Origin: an uncultured virus (IMG/VR IMGVR_UViG_3300030102_002633)
Lineage: Duplodnaviria; Heunggongvirae; Uroviricota; Caudoviricetes
IMG/VR virus record: IMGVR_UViG_3300030102_002633
Strand: one strand, 5' to 3'
Length of the DNA stretch: 64,000 nt
Positions 48,390 through 57,921 of this stretch are shown here, piece by piece (within the stretch, counting starts at the first letter, position 1; each line of letters begins with the position of its first letter). Position numbers and translations under genes: made by a program. The notes under the pieces are model-generated. The model had not been told where the DNA came from. It made no database searches and worked only from the letters and a program-made list of their open reading frames with translations.

Positions 48390-51095
48390 ATGATATCAGA
48401 TGAAGAACTATACAACGCATTTAGGATTTTGATGCTTGAGCCTGATGAGTTCGATGAGTTTACTGAAAGAATGGTTGCTGAACAGTATAAGGATGAAGAC
48501 CCTAAAGCAATAGCAGATAAGGTTGAATTAGAAACCGATGATAGAGCAGAAGAGTATCTTAGGTCTTTCAAGCCTGAGTTCCTATACAACTTGATTAAAG
48601 ATGATGCAGACTTCATGGAGAATGGAAAGTTATCTTCTAAGTATCAGAAGTCAGGCAAACAATTGGGAGAACTAACTCAATTGTTGATAGAGGACATTTC
48701 TTCCAAACACGAAGAGTTTGAAGAAATACCCGATGCTATCAGAAATAGCATGATTAAGAAATTATTAGAATTAGGTGGAGTATCAGGTAGAGTTCTGACC
48801 ACTGACTTGGAAGAAGCAACAACTGACCCTAGTAGGTCTATTGCGGTTGATGTTAAGAGGTTAGACAAAGTTTTGAGGGCTTTCTTAGATGACACTGGTA
48901 AACAGTTAACGTATAAGAATACAATAGAACAAGAAAAGGACTTGAGCAGAGTTTCGTTGAAGAATAGAAACATAAGGAAGAAAGAAGTAGAACAGATGAA
49001 GTATATTCTTGAGAATCAAAAGCCTTCTGTCAGAGACAGACTTTCACCGTTAATGGTTGTATTGAGACAATTCGATAAGGTAGAAGAGAGAATAATTCAA
49101 TTAGACGCTGACCAAATAATTGGTGAGTTGGATTTGAAGATGTTGAATAGAAGAAACAGAATCTATTCGTTTTGGAAAGAACATCAAGGTAAATATGATG
49201 ATTTCAAAGAAGCGTATAACAATTGTAACACTGCATTCTCTAAGATACTACTACCTTTGATTCAAGAGAACAAGGAAGACAAGGAAATCCAAGAGTTCAG
49301 AAAAATATTGGATGAGTTCTTGAAGTTTGAATCGTCAATAAACAATGATGAATTGAATTATGTTGTTAAGTTCAAACCAAAGGACATGGAAGTTTACTTT
49401 AGGAATCACAAGGGACTTGCTCTATATGAGAAGTTCATGGAAGATAGCGGTTTAATTCGTGGCGATACAAGGGAAGACGAAGATAGGAAAGCGAGAAGTG
49501 AAGGATATTACGATGAGGAAACTGGTGACTTCAAGGAAACTATTACCGTAGAAGGTGTTCAAACTCTTGACTCTGAAGAAGAGGTAATGGAAGCAGAAAG
49601 GAAAAAGGAAATGGAAGAACTTTCACTTTTCGGTGCAAAACTAAAGAGACTTGAAAGTAAGAAAGTAGACCCACTATACTATCACGCATTCACTAAAGAA
49701 ACAGGAGCGTTCAAGGATACTGTTGCTTTCACTCAAGATATTCAAGCAATTCGTGAAGCCATGTTAGGTGCGGGAGCAGTTAGAGAAATGGCTACTGGTA
49801 TTGATATGGATGACGAGATAAATGATTACGTCAACCAATTAGAAAGAACATTAGCAAGAGGAGGAAATGGCCCGTATTATCTACCATTATCTGAATCTGT
49901 TAGTAAGTTTGCAATCGAAGAGAACTGGAATGCTGACCCTCTTAGCCTGAATACAGCAAGAGGAATCAACAATCGTCTTAGACAGATTGGAGACTTCTTG
50001 GATAATCTCAGCCAAATCTTAGATGCAGGGGATGATTTGGATAGAGCGTCAGCACCCAGTTCTGCAATTGCAGATAAACAAGGAGAAGGAGTACCAAGTC
50101 AGAAGATGCCTCATCTTGGAACAAAGAACAGAAAAGACCATCTCGATAAAATCGAAGAGGCAAGAGAAGAGTTTGATGATTTGATAGAAGCAGTGTTAGA
50201 TTACTTCGTAGTTCCTATGAGCGGTTCAAACAAACCATTCGATGACCCTCTACCTTTCGACACAAAGACAAATAAAACCCGTAGAATTTTCAGAGCATTA
50301 GCAACAGGAAAAACCGATACTGCCTTGTTCAAGGTATTAGCATTGGAAGGCAGAGCAGGTTATACAATGGTCAAAGCCGAAGAGTTAGAGAGCCTAACGA
50401 GAATGTTGGAGTTCTTACAAGATATAGAAGGTAGGAAAGACTTGCCTACTTTGGTCAATCAATTGGAAAAGGGAATCAAAACTGTTAATTTCATAATGCT
50501 AAACAAAAGAGGTTCTGCGTTAGCAGAGGAAACTATGGTAGAGTTTGGTCATTATCTACATGAAGTCTTAGAGGCTAATGATATTTCTTGGCCTTCTGAT
50601 ATGAAGTTCCCTGATAACAGTAGAGGAAAAACTCCCGAAGAGTGGAGTAAGATGTATGATGTTGGTAAGGTATATCCATTTGAAGCGATAGAAACTCACA
50701 TCAAGAGAAACATTGGAGGATACTCAGACAGTATGAGAACAATGGTTAGAGGTAGTGATAGGAGAGGAAAAGGTTCTAACACTATCGTTCAAAGATTCAT
50801 CAATGCAATAGATGGAATGAAGATTCTGAGAAGTGAAAAAGAAAACACAATCCTATCCGTTCATGACGAGATTCGTAAGATGATGGGTAAACCCGTATAC
50901 TACAACAATGCTAAGTTGGACAACTATGACCATGTGAATAGTGCAATTGATTTAATGAAATCAAGATTCAAAGTTGATGTGACTGCACATGAAGTAGAGT
51001 CCATTGTAGGTGAATTGAACTCAATGGAAGAATTGAGCAAAAAGCATGGTGTTCCAAAGGAAGGTGTATATTTCTTGAAGGCTAATTTCAGGTGA
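48390..51095 (+). CDS. Large acidic hypothetical protein, possible internal virion protein
   Basis: 901 aa in the head module. Confidence 0.7.
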   Translation: MISDEELYNAFRILMLEPDEFDEFTERMVAEQYKDEDPKAIADKVELETDDRAEEYLRSFKPEFLYNLIKDDADFMENGKLSSKYQKSGKQLGELTQLLIEDISSKHEEFEEIPDAIRNSMIKKLLELGGVSGRVLTTDLEEATTDPSRSIAVDVKRLDKVLRAFLDDTGKQLTYKNTIEQEKDLSRVSLKNRNIRKKEVEQMKYILENQKPSVRDRLSPLMVVLRQFDKVEERIIQLDADQIIGELDLKMLNRRNRIYSFWKEHQGKYDDFKEAYNNCNTAFSKILLPLIQENKEDKEIQEFRKILDEFLKFESSINNDELNYVVKFKPKDMEVYFRNHKGLALYEKFMEDSGLIRGDTREDEDRKARSEGYYDEETGDFKETITVEGVQTLDSEEEVMEAERKKEMEELSLFGAKLKRLESKKVDPLYYHAFTKETGAFKDTVAFTQDIQAIREAMLGAGAVREMATGIDMDDEINDYVNQLERTLARGGNGPYYLPLSESVSKFAIEENWNADPLSLNTARGINNRLRQIGDFLDNLSQILDAGDDLDRASAPSSAIADKQGEGVPSQKMPHLGTKNRKDHLDKIEEAREEFDDLIEAVLDYFVVPMSGSNKPFDDPLPFDTKTNKTRRIFRALATGKTDTALFKVLALEGRAGYTMVKAEELESLTRMLEFLQDIEGRKDLPTLVNQLEKGIKTVNFIMLNKRGSALAEETMVEFGHYLHEVLEANDISWPSDMKFPDNSRGKTPEEWSKMYDVGKVYPFEAIETHIKRNIGGYSDSMRTMVRGSDRRGKGSNTIVQRFINAIDGMKILRSEKENTILSVHDEIRKMMGKPVYYNNAKLDNYDHVNSAIDLMKSRFKVDVTAHEVESIVGELNSMEELSKKHGVPKEGVYFLKANFR

Positions 51096-51601
51096 TAAAA
51101 ATGTTAGAGTTTCAAGAGATGTCTGAAGATGATGCCGTTAGAGTATTCTTAGATGACGGGTATTATGAGTACAAAAAAAGAAGAGAGCGTTATCAAAGGA
51201 TATCTCCTAATTCATCTTGGGCTACTGCACCTGCAAGAATGTTTGTGGGTTTTTTAGAAGATAAACCAGTAGGAGTTATTGGTTTTGCTCCATACAAAGG
51301 AGTTCTTTTGGGAGCAGGTATTCACGTTAGAAGAGGATTTAGAGGTAGAGGATTAGCACAATTACTAGTTCAAAAACTCATAGAGGAGAAAGGAGGCCAA
51401 ACTCTTTTTGCTAATATTGCTAATCCAAGAATTGCTAACACATACAGAAGATATGGGTTCAAAGATATGAATGAAGAAGAGTTACCCGATGACTCAAGAA
51501 ATGCTATTCGGGGATTAGAGTTCGCAGACCAAGTTCAGAAATGGGTTTGGGGAGTTCATCGAGATGTTTGGTTTGACGTGGTGAAAAATGGAATTAGATG
51601 A
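51092..51601 (+). CDS. GNAT acetyltransferase
   Basis: KPVGVIG, IHVRRGFRGRGLAQLL (motif A), YRRYGF. Confidence 0.85.
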   Translation: MIKMLEFQEMSEDDAVRVFLDDGYYEYKKRRERYQRISPNSSWATAPARMFVGFLEDKPVGVIGFAPYKGVLLGAGIHVRRGFRGRGLAQLLVQKLIEEKGGQTLFANIANPRIANTYRRYGFKDMNEEELPDDSRNAIRGLEFADQVQKWVWGVHRDVWFDVVKNGIR

Positions 51602-53021
51602 TTTAGATTTTGTTTCAGCAATGGATATGGAACTATCTAAAACTTCATTTCCATATTTTTTTCAGAACGTTCTTGGAATGATGTTTCCTCCGTATATGCA
51701 AGAATGGTTAGATTCAATGGAAAAAACAGATAGAACCGTTATTGTTTGTAGTCGTGACCACGGAAAATCTGTTTTTATGCACAGTTGGGTAGTATGGAAT
51801 CTTGTGTTTCAAGAACCACCATATCAAATGCTTTACATTTCTTCTAACCAAAAGCAGACTCTTGTTCACATGAGAGAAATTGACAGATACTTCAACCACC
51901 CTGCTCTTAAAAAATACAAGCCCAGTAGGGGTTGGGCTATTGGTAATATTCAGTTAACAAACGGTAACGCTATCTTGGAGCGTTCCGTTGGTTCTCAGAT
52001 TCGTGGTCTTCACCCACAGGAGATTATCATTGATGACCCTTTGAAGGAGTTTAGTCTTGCAGGTATTCAACGAGTTACAGATTGGTTCTTCGGAGATATG
52101 ATACCAACTCTCCATCATACCTCTAAGTTGAGAATGATTGGAACTCCGTTTACCTACACAGATATTTTTGCTCAGTTAGAGGAGAATGAAGCATATTCTG
52201 TTCAGAAGTATCCATGTCTAAATTCTTTGAATGAACCACTTTGGCCTGAACGTTGGGACTATGACGCATTGATGAAAAGAAAAGCAGAGATAGGTTCTCT
52301 CAAGTTTACAAGAGAATATCTCTGTGTCCCTATTTCTACTGGAACTGCTTTATTTAATCCTGAGTTCATAGAGAAGTGCAAGAACAAAGATTACGTTTTG
52401 AAACTTGGACATCGTAAAGAAAAGGGATACAAGTATTATGTTGGAGTTGACCCTGCTATCTCAACCGATGGTGACTACAACGTAATCACGGTTTTAGAGG
52501 TTGATGAAAATAAAAACAAAACCATAGTCCATGTAGACAGGGCTAAGAATGTAGATTTTAGAGAGAACATAGAGAAGATTAGATTGATTGGTAAAATCTT
52601 TGAACCCGAAGAAGTTCTCTATGAAACTAACACTTTCGCAAAAGCATTCACACAGGAACTACGAAACATATCTGACTTGAATGTTAGAGATTTTACAACT
52701 ACAAGAAAAAAGAAACAGGAAATAATTCTGAGTCTTCAAATGAATATAGAAAACGGGAAAATAAATTTTCCATATGGTGATAATGCGAGTAGAAGACTGA
52801 CTAATGCTTTGATAGAAGAACTGTCTATGTTCTCTATTACCACTGCCGGAAAGTTTGAGGGTGTAGGAGCGCATGACGACTTAGTTATGAGTTTAGCATT
52901 AGCAGTGGCTTGTGCTACAAAGACATCAGATGTGTTCATGTTGTTGGATGATATGGGAATATTTGATGAACCTAAGCCAATGAACAGGTCTTTAGGCGGA
53001 ATGATGGGGCTGAACTTTTAG
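51588..53021 (+). CDS. terL: Terminase large subunit
   Basis: SRDHGKS, IRG.HP, IIIDD, IGTP, LWPERW, VGVDPA, HDDLVMSLALA. Confidence 0.95.
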   Translation: MELDDLDFVSAMDMELSKTSFPYFFQNVLGMMFPPYMQEWLDSMEKTDRTVIVCSRDHGKSVFMHSWVVWNLVFQEPPYQMLYISSNQKQTLVHMREIDRYFNHPALKKYKPSRGWAIGNIQLTNGNAILERSVGSQIRGLHPQEIIIDDPLKEFSLAGIQRVTDWFFGDMIPTLHHTSKLRMIGTPFTYTDIFAQLEENEAYSVQKYPCLNSLNEPLWPERWDYDALMKRKAEIGSLKFTREYLCVPISTGTALFNPEFIEKCKNKDYVLKLGHRKEKGYKYYVGVDPAISTDGDYNVITVLEVDENKNKTIVHVDRAKNVDFRENIEKIRLIGKIFEPEEVLYETNTFAKAFTQELRNISDLNVRDFTTTRKKKQEIILSLQMNIENGKINFPYGDNASRRLTNALIEELSMFSITTAGKFEGVGAHDDLVMSLALAVACATKTSDVFMLLDDMGIFDEPKPMNRSLGGMMGLNF

Positions 53022-53033
53022 GGGGGTAGGTGC

Positions 53034-54362
53034 GTGGCGGAGAAAGATAGCGAAATCTTAGAAGAAGTTCTTGAGCAAACAAAGCGAAAAGAGACTTTAG
53101 AAGAAGAAATCGAACAACGCACTAAAGATTTGAAACTCGCTTGGCTATCGAATGTTCCAATAGAAGACCACAGTATTTTGGAAAAGAAATACGCAGAAGA
53201 TTTCAGAATGAGTTTATCTGATGCAAGAAAGGAATTGAAGTATACTTTGACTAAGTATGAGATTGAAGGTTCTGACATTCCTAGAACAGTAAAGCAATTG
53301 AAAAAATACCGAAGGACTCTCAAAGGAGAGGACAAGGTGAAGATTACAAACTCGATTGAAAATCTAATCAAGGCATACTCTGACCATTTGGATAAGAGCA
53401 TGGATGACATTTACTGGATTGCTAAGTACAAACCAGTTCTCAAAGACATGACTTGCTCAGAAGATAATTTAATCAAACTATCATATGTTGACGATGCAAA
53501 AACAAGGCGAGAACTAATTGATACTCTCTGTAAATATTGGGAAGCAAAAATAGAGAAGGAGGATATGCCCTTCAATTCTGATTACTCAAGATTGACAAAG
53601 GAGATGACTAACACAAAGAGACAATTCAAAAGATTGTTGAAGAAGCATATGAAAACCACTTCTCCAAAGGATAAAATCAAACATCATATTCTAAAATCTA
53701 TATGTGAAGAACCCGGAATATCTGCAAGGCAGATACATGAGAGACTACCAAAGAATCTCTTTACAAAAACGACTCCAAACGTAATTGCAAAAATGGCTAA
53801 ACAAGAAAATATCACCACTGTTAACGGTGCTTTCTACAAGTTTAGTGATGAGATAAAGAAAGATATCTATGCTTATACTGCTGCATTCATTGACTCAGAT
53901 GGCTACATTACAATGGATAAGAATTACAATCCAAGAGTCGGTTTAGTTGCAACAGGAGAAAGAGGTAAGGCTTTCATGATGGAGATGCACAAGTCATTAG
54001 GGTGCGGTAGATTACATCTCGACCAAAAATCCCCACAGGATACAAGACCAGTAAACAGGTTGAACTTTTACTCAGGTGATGATGTTGTTGAACTACTTAC
54101 AAAATGTAGGCCACATTTCAGAATGAAAGGTAAGAATGCTGATATTCTGTTAGAGTTAATCAGGATGAAGAAATCACATAAGAAGGCTGATTGGTATAAT
54201 GAAAGGAGAGAAGAACTCTTCAAGTTGATGAAATATGAGAATCATAAAGACCATGTAGGTTATGATTTCACACGATATGATATTGACATTGATACTGTTG
54301 CCAAGTTACATGACAATTGTAAGATGGGTGCAATGGATGTTATTGAAGGGGTGATTGCATGA
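53034..54362 (+). CDS. Helical/wHTH protein fused to a C-terminal LAGLIDADG domain
   Basis: PGISARQI HTH; YTAAFIDSDGYI; LGCGR; PHFRMK. Confidence 0.8.
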   Translation: MAEKDSEILEEVLEQTKRKETLEEEIEQRTKDLKLAWLSNVPIEDHSILEKKYAEDFRMSLSDARKELKYTLTKYEIEGSDIPRTVKQLKKYRRTLKGEDKVKITNSIENLIKAYSDHLDKSMDDIYWIAKYKPVLKDMTCSEDNLIKLSYVDDAKTRRELIDTLCKYWEAKIEKEDMPFNSDYSRLTKEMTNTKRQFKRLLKKHMKTTSPKDKIKHHILKSICEEPGISARQIHERLPKNLFTKTTPNVIAKMAKQENITTVNGAFYKFSDEIKKDIYAYTAAFIDSDGYITMDKNYNPRVGLVATGERGKAFMMEMHKSLGCGRLHLDQKSPQDTRPVNRLNFYSGDDVVELLTKCRPHFRMKGKNADILLELIRMKKSHKKADWYNERREELFKLMKYENHKDHVGYDFTRYDIDIDTVAKLHDNCKMGAMDVIEGVIA

Positions 54363-54619
54363 ATTGGTTTAAAATATTAAAAGCCAAATCAAAGAGGCAA
54401 AAAGCACTCTCTGAATGGACAAAAGAAGATTGGGGATACATATCACCCAAATCAAAAAAGAAAGGGAGATATGCTCCAAAAGCAGTTCGGGATTCTTTGA
54501 CACCTTCTGAAAAAGCATATGAGAATCGTAAGAAAAGAAAAGGAACAAAGCAAGGAAAGCAACACGTTCCAAGAGGTAAATCTGCTAAGAAAAAATACAG
54601 GAGGGTTGAGGGATTATGA
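54359..54619 (+). CDS. Basic W-tag protein (DUF5872 C-half-like)
   Basis: QKALSEWTKEDW...GRYAPK...KKRKG.KQGKQHVP. Confidence 0.7.
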   Translation: MNWFKILKAKSKRQKALSEWTKEDWGYISPKSKKKGRYAPKAVRDSLTPSEKAYENRKKRKGTKQGKQHVPRGKSAKKKYRRVEGL

Positions 54620-54819
54620 GTTGGCAAGACATTTTGAAAAAGAAAAAGAAATCAACAGTCAACCAAGCGGGTAATTATACTAAACCCGGAATGAGAAAGA
54701 AAATATTCCAACGAATCAAAGCCGGAAGTAAAGGTGGTAGAGCAGGTCAATGGTCTGCAAGAAAAGCACAGATGTTAGCGGCTGCATACAAGAAAGCAGG
54801 TGGTGGATATCGTGACTGA
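54616..54819 (+). CDS. Basic W-tag protein (DUF5872 N-half-like)
   Basis: YTKP.MR...IKAGSKGG..GQWSARKAQMLA..YKKAGGGY. Confidence 0.75.
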   Translation: MSWQDILKKKKKSTVNQAGNYTKPGMRKKIFQRIKAGSKGGRAGQWSARKAQMLAAAYKKAGGGYRD

Positions 54820-55120
54820 TTGGTTTGGGATTCTAAAGAAAAAAGGCAAACACCCTGCACTAAAGAGAGCGGGTGTTAGTGGTTTCAGCAAACCAAAGAG
54901 AACCCCTAAACATAAATCAAAATCTCATGTTGTTGTTGTCAGAGATGGTAAGAAGGTCAAGACTATTCGGTTTGGAGAACAAGGTGCTGATACAGTAACC
55001 GAGAAAAACCCAAAGGGAAAGAGAAAAAAGAAACAAGCATCATTCAAGGCTCGCCATGCTAAGAATATTAAGCGGGGGAAAATGTCTGCGGCGTATTGGG
55101 CTAACAAAGTAAAGTGGTAA
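54812..55120 (+). CDS. Basic W-tag protein of a common marine-viral family
   Basis: GTG start (MTDWFGILK); KTIRFG, SFKARH, SAAYWA..W. Confidence 0.7.
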   Translation: MTDWFGILKKKGKHPALKRAGVSGFSKPKRTPKHKSKSHVVVVRDGKKVKTIRFGEQGADTVTEKNPKGKRKKKQASFKARHAKNIKRGKMSAAYWANKVKW

Positions 55121-55122
55121 GT

Positions 55123-56781
55123 ATGGTAGAAGAAAAAAGAAGATTTAGTTTAACGAGTTTGTTTAGGCAAACTACGCCCAAACCCGCAGATAGAACGGTG
55201 TTCAATCCGGGTATTCAAGAGAGAGATAATTCATATCTTTTGACTAGCCCAATCATCTACCACATAGTATCTCAATCAACTATTGTTAGAACTTGTATCA
55301 CTCAGTTGAAACAGGAAATATTCAGAAGAGGATACCATTGGGATTCTAAGTTCGCTCTAAAATGTAGAAGTTGTGGTAAAGAACATGAAAGCACAGTAAA
55401 GGAATGTGTTGATTGTGGAAGCACTGATTTGGTAAAGCCTGATGTTGAGCAATTAAAATATGCTAAAGAGTTCTTAGATGGATATGTAAATTGTTCAGAG
55501 CAACTATTCATTGACGTTCTCAAGGAACTTGAAGATGACTTGAACATCATGGATGACGCATATTTGGTAATGGTGAAGGAATACTATGCTGATAACAATT
55601 CTAAAGTTAGAATGCACAGAATCAAGGAAGTATACAGAGGCGACCCAGTTACTATGCACATTTATGCAAATGACTTGGGAGAAAGAGGCAAAGCCGGATA
55701 TACTTGTTTAAGGCATAGAAAAAGAGTCCACCAAAGCCCAACTGAACTTTGTGAAACTTGTAACTCTGAACTTTATCCCGTTCATTATGTTAACAGGGTA
55801 AACGGTGAAGAACAGTATTTCGTGAAGGGAGAAGTTCTACACTTTAGCAAATACTCACCAAGTAGGTTGTATGGTCTTTCACCAATAATTACTCTATGGA
55901 ATAATGTTACAACACTAATTGCTATGGAGAATTATGTCAACTCATCATACACTAAAGCAAGAATGCCGAAGGGACTTCTTGCGGTGCAAACAAGAAACAT
56001 GGATTCAATGAAATCGTTTTGGCGTGGTGTCAAAGAAAAGATGGAGCAAGACCCACACTTCATACCTGTAATGGGAATAGAATCTGAGGGAGGAAAAGGT
56101 TCTGTTGAGTGGGTCAAGTTCATGGACAGTCTAAAGGAAATGGACTACATACAAGTTAAGGATGATTTGAGAGATAGGATTTCAGCATTCTATGGTGTGA
56201 GTAAAATCTTCATGGCGGATAACTCTGCAAGTGGCGGTTTGAACAATGAGGGTATGCAAGTGTTAGTTACTAACAGAGCGGTAGAAATGGCTCAAACAAT
56301 TTGGAATAACTATGTGTTCCCATTTATGTCAGAAGAGTTTGGAATAACTGATTGGTGTTTGAAACTACCACCATCCGAAGAAGAGGATGAAATTGCAGTT
56401 CTACGTAAAAGAGAGATAGAAGTGAATGTCGCTGCTGCGATTAAGAACTTAGGGTTTGAAGTAGACATGGATGATGAAGGCGGGTTCATTTACACAAAAC
56501 CTGAACCTAAAGAACCAACAGAAGGAGAAGGTGAGGAAGGTAGTGAAGAAGTTGAATTAGACCCATATGCCGGAACTGATATTGATGCCTCTCAAATGGG
56601 ACAAATGCAAGAACAAATGATGATGGGAGGAAATAAGTCTGAGAGCAAACCTCAAGAAAACCCCCCCGCTACGAGGAACAAACCATCTATGGCTACTGGC
56701 CCGGATAAAAGATTTACAGGATTACCAAGAGAAGCCGGAAATGAAAATGTTGACGAAAGAACAGAGAGGCGAGTAGGATGA
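55123..56781 (+). CDS. Portal protein with Zn-ribbon insertions
   Basis: EVLHF...LYGLSPI, PKGLL, MDYIQ...ISAFYGVS; follows terL. Confidence 0.88.
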   Translation: MVEEKRRFSLTSLFRQTTPKPADRTVFNPGIQERDNSYLLTSPIIYHIVSQSTIVRTCITQLKQEIFRRGYHWDSKFALKCRSCGKEHESTVKECVDCGSTDLVKPDVEQLKYAKEFLDGYVNCSEQLFIDVLKELEDDLNIMDDAYLVMVKEYYADNNSKVRMHRIKEVYRGDPVTMHIYANDLGERGKAGYTCLRHRKRVHQSPTELCETCNSELYPVHYVNRVNGEEQYFVKGEVLHFSKYSPSRLYGLSPIITLWNNVTTLIAMENYVNSSYTKARMPKGLLAVQTRNMDSMKSFWRGVKEKMEQDPHFIPVMGIESEGGKGSVEWVKFMDSLKEMDYIQVKDDLRDRISAFYGVSKIFMADNSASGGLNNEGMQVLVTNRAVEMAQTIWNNYVFPFMSEEFGITDWCLKLPPSEEEDEIAVLRKREIEVNVAAAIKNLGFEVDMDDEGGFIYTKPEPKEPTEGEGEEGSEEVELDPYAGTDIDASQMGQMQEQMMMGGNKSESKPQENPPATRNKPSMATGPDKRFTGLPREAGNENVDERTERRVG

Positions 56782-57691
56782 GTTGGAAAGATATATTGAA
56801 AGGAGAAATAGAACACTTTGATGAATTACCAAAGGGTATGCCTGATGCAGTTCGTGAAGAAGTTTATGCTGGAACAGGAGATGGAAAACAACAATTATCC
56901 TTGATTAAATCTATGTTAGATAATCCAAATGCACCTAATTTTGTACCATCGGGAGAAACATTGAAGGATTACAAAGGAAACGAGATTAACAATAAAACAC
57001 ATAAAATAATAAGTTATAATGATGATGACGGCCAAATGTTTTACAGGATTGTTGAAAAGTAGGTGATTAAGATGAGTTGGGAAGATACGATAAAAAAGAA
57101 TGTGTTTGATAAAGACCCTAATGATATGACTGACTTTATGAATGTCAGTCCTAGAATGGAAAGGGAAGCAGAAAAGAGAACACAGGGGAAAGATAAATAC
57201 AAGATAGAGAGAATGTTACTGGATGCTTCTGTTGCTTTAGGTAATGCAAAAGAGTTGTTAACTGATTTAAATAGAGAACATAAAGATGAATTAAACTCTA
57301 CTGAATATATGAGATTAAAGAATAGTATGTCTAAACTCATAAGAAGAAGCGTAAAGGAAATCTCAGTTGTTGAAAAGGAATTGTTTAGGTGATTGAAATG
57401 AGTTGGCAAGACGTACTAAAAAATGAGATGAATGTAGAAACATTGGAAGAAATAGCGAATGAGTTAGATAATGCGGTTAAGATGCACGCATCTCAAGCGA
57501 AAAGGATTAGAGAGATAATTGCTCAATACAAAAAAGGCACTCCAACAAAAATGCCTTCACCACAATACATAACTAATACGCCAAGAGTCCCGACACTTCC
57601 ACAACCAAGAGATTACACTGCGGGAGATAGAGCATTGATGAGGAGAGCAAAAGGAAATCTTGATGAAGAAAAAAGGAGGAAAAATCAATGA
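56778..57691 (+). CDS. Three W-tag small proteins (56778-57062 MSWKDILK; 57072-57392 MSWEDTIK; 57398-57691 MSWQDVLK)
   Basis: Shared N-terminus with unrelated bodies. Confidence 0.7.
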
Positions 57692-57912
57692 GTGAAAAAA
57701 CCGTAAGAGAACTTGAAAGAGAACTAAAGGCAGCAAGAGTTAGAGAAAGAAAAGAGCATACTGATAAGGTAACTGTTAGTAGAGACTATTCTATTGGTGG
57801 TATTGATAGAGATACCACAGTAGAAAAGAAAAATCCTGACTCTGCTGATATTCCTGATGCTATTCTGTTACCTAAGAATAAGAGAAACCGAAGAGAAAAC
57901 ATACCTTTCTGA
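57688..57912 (+). CDS. Hypothetical protein
   Basis: 74 aa, GGAGG RBS. Confidence 0.65.
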   Translation: MSEKTVRELERELKAARVRERKEHTDKVTVSRDYSIGGIDRDTTVEKKNPDSADIPDAILLPKNKRNRRENIPF

Positions 57913-57921
57913 GTTGATTGC

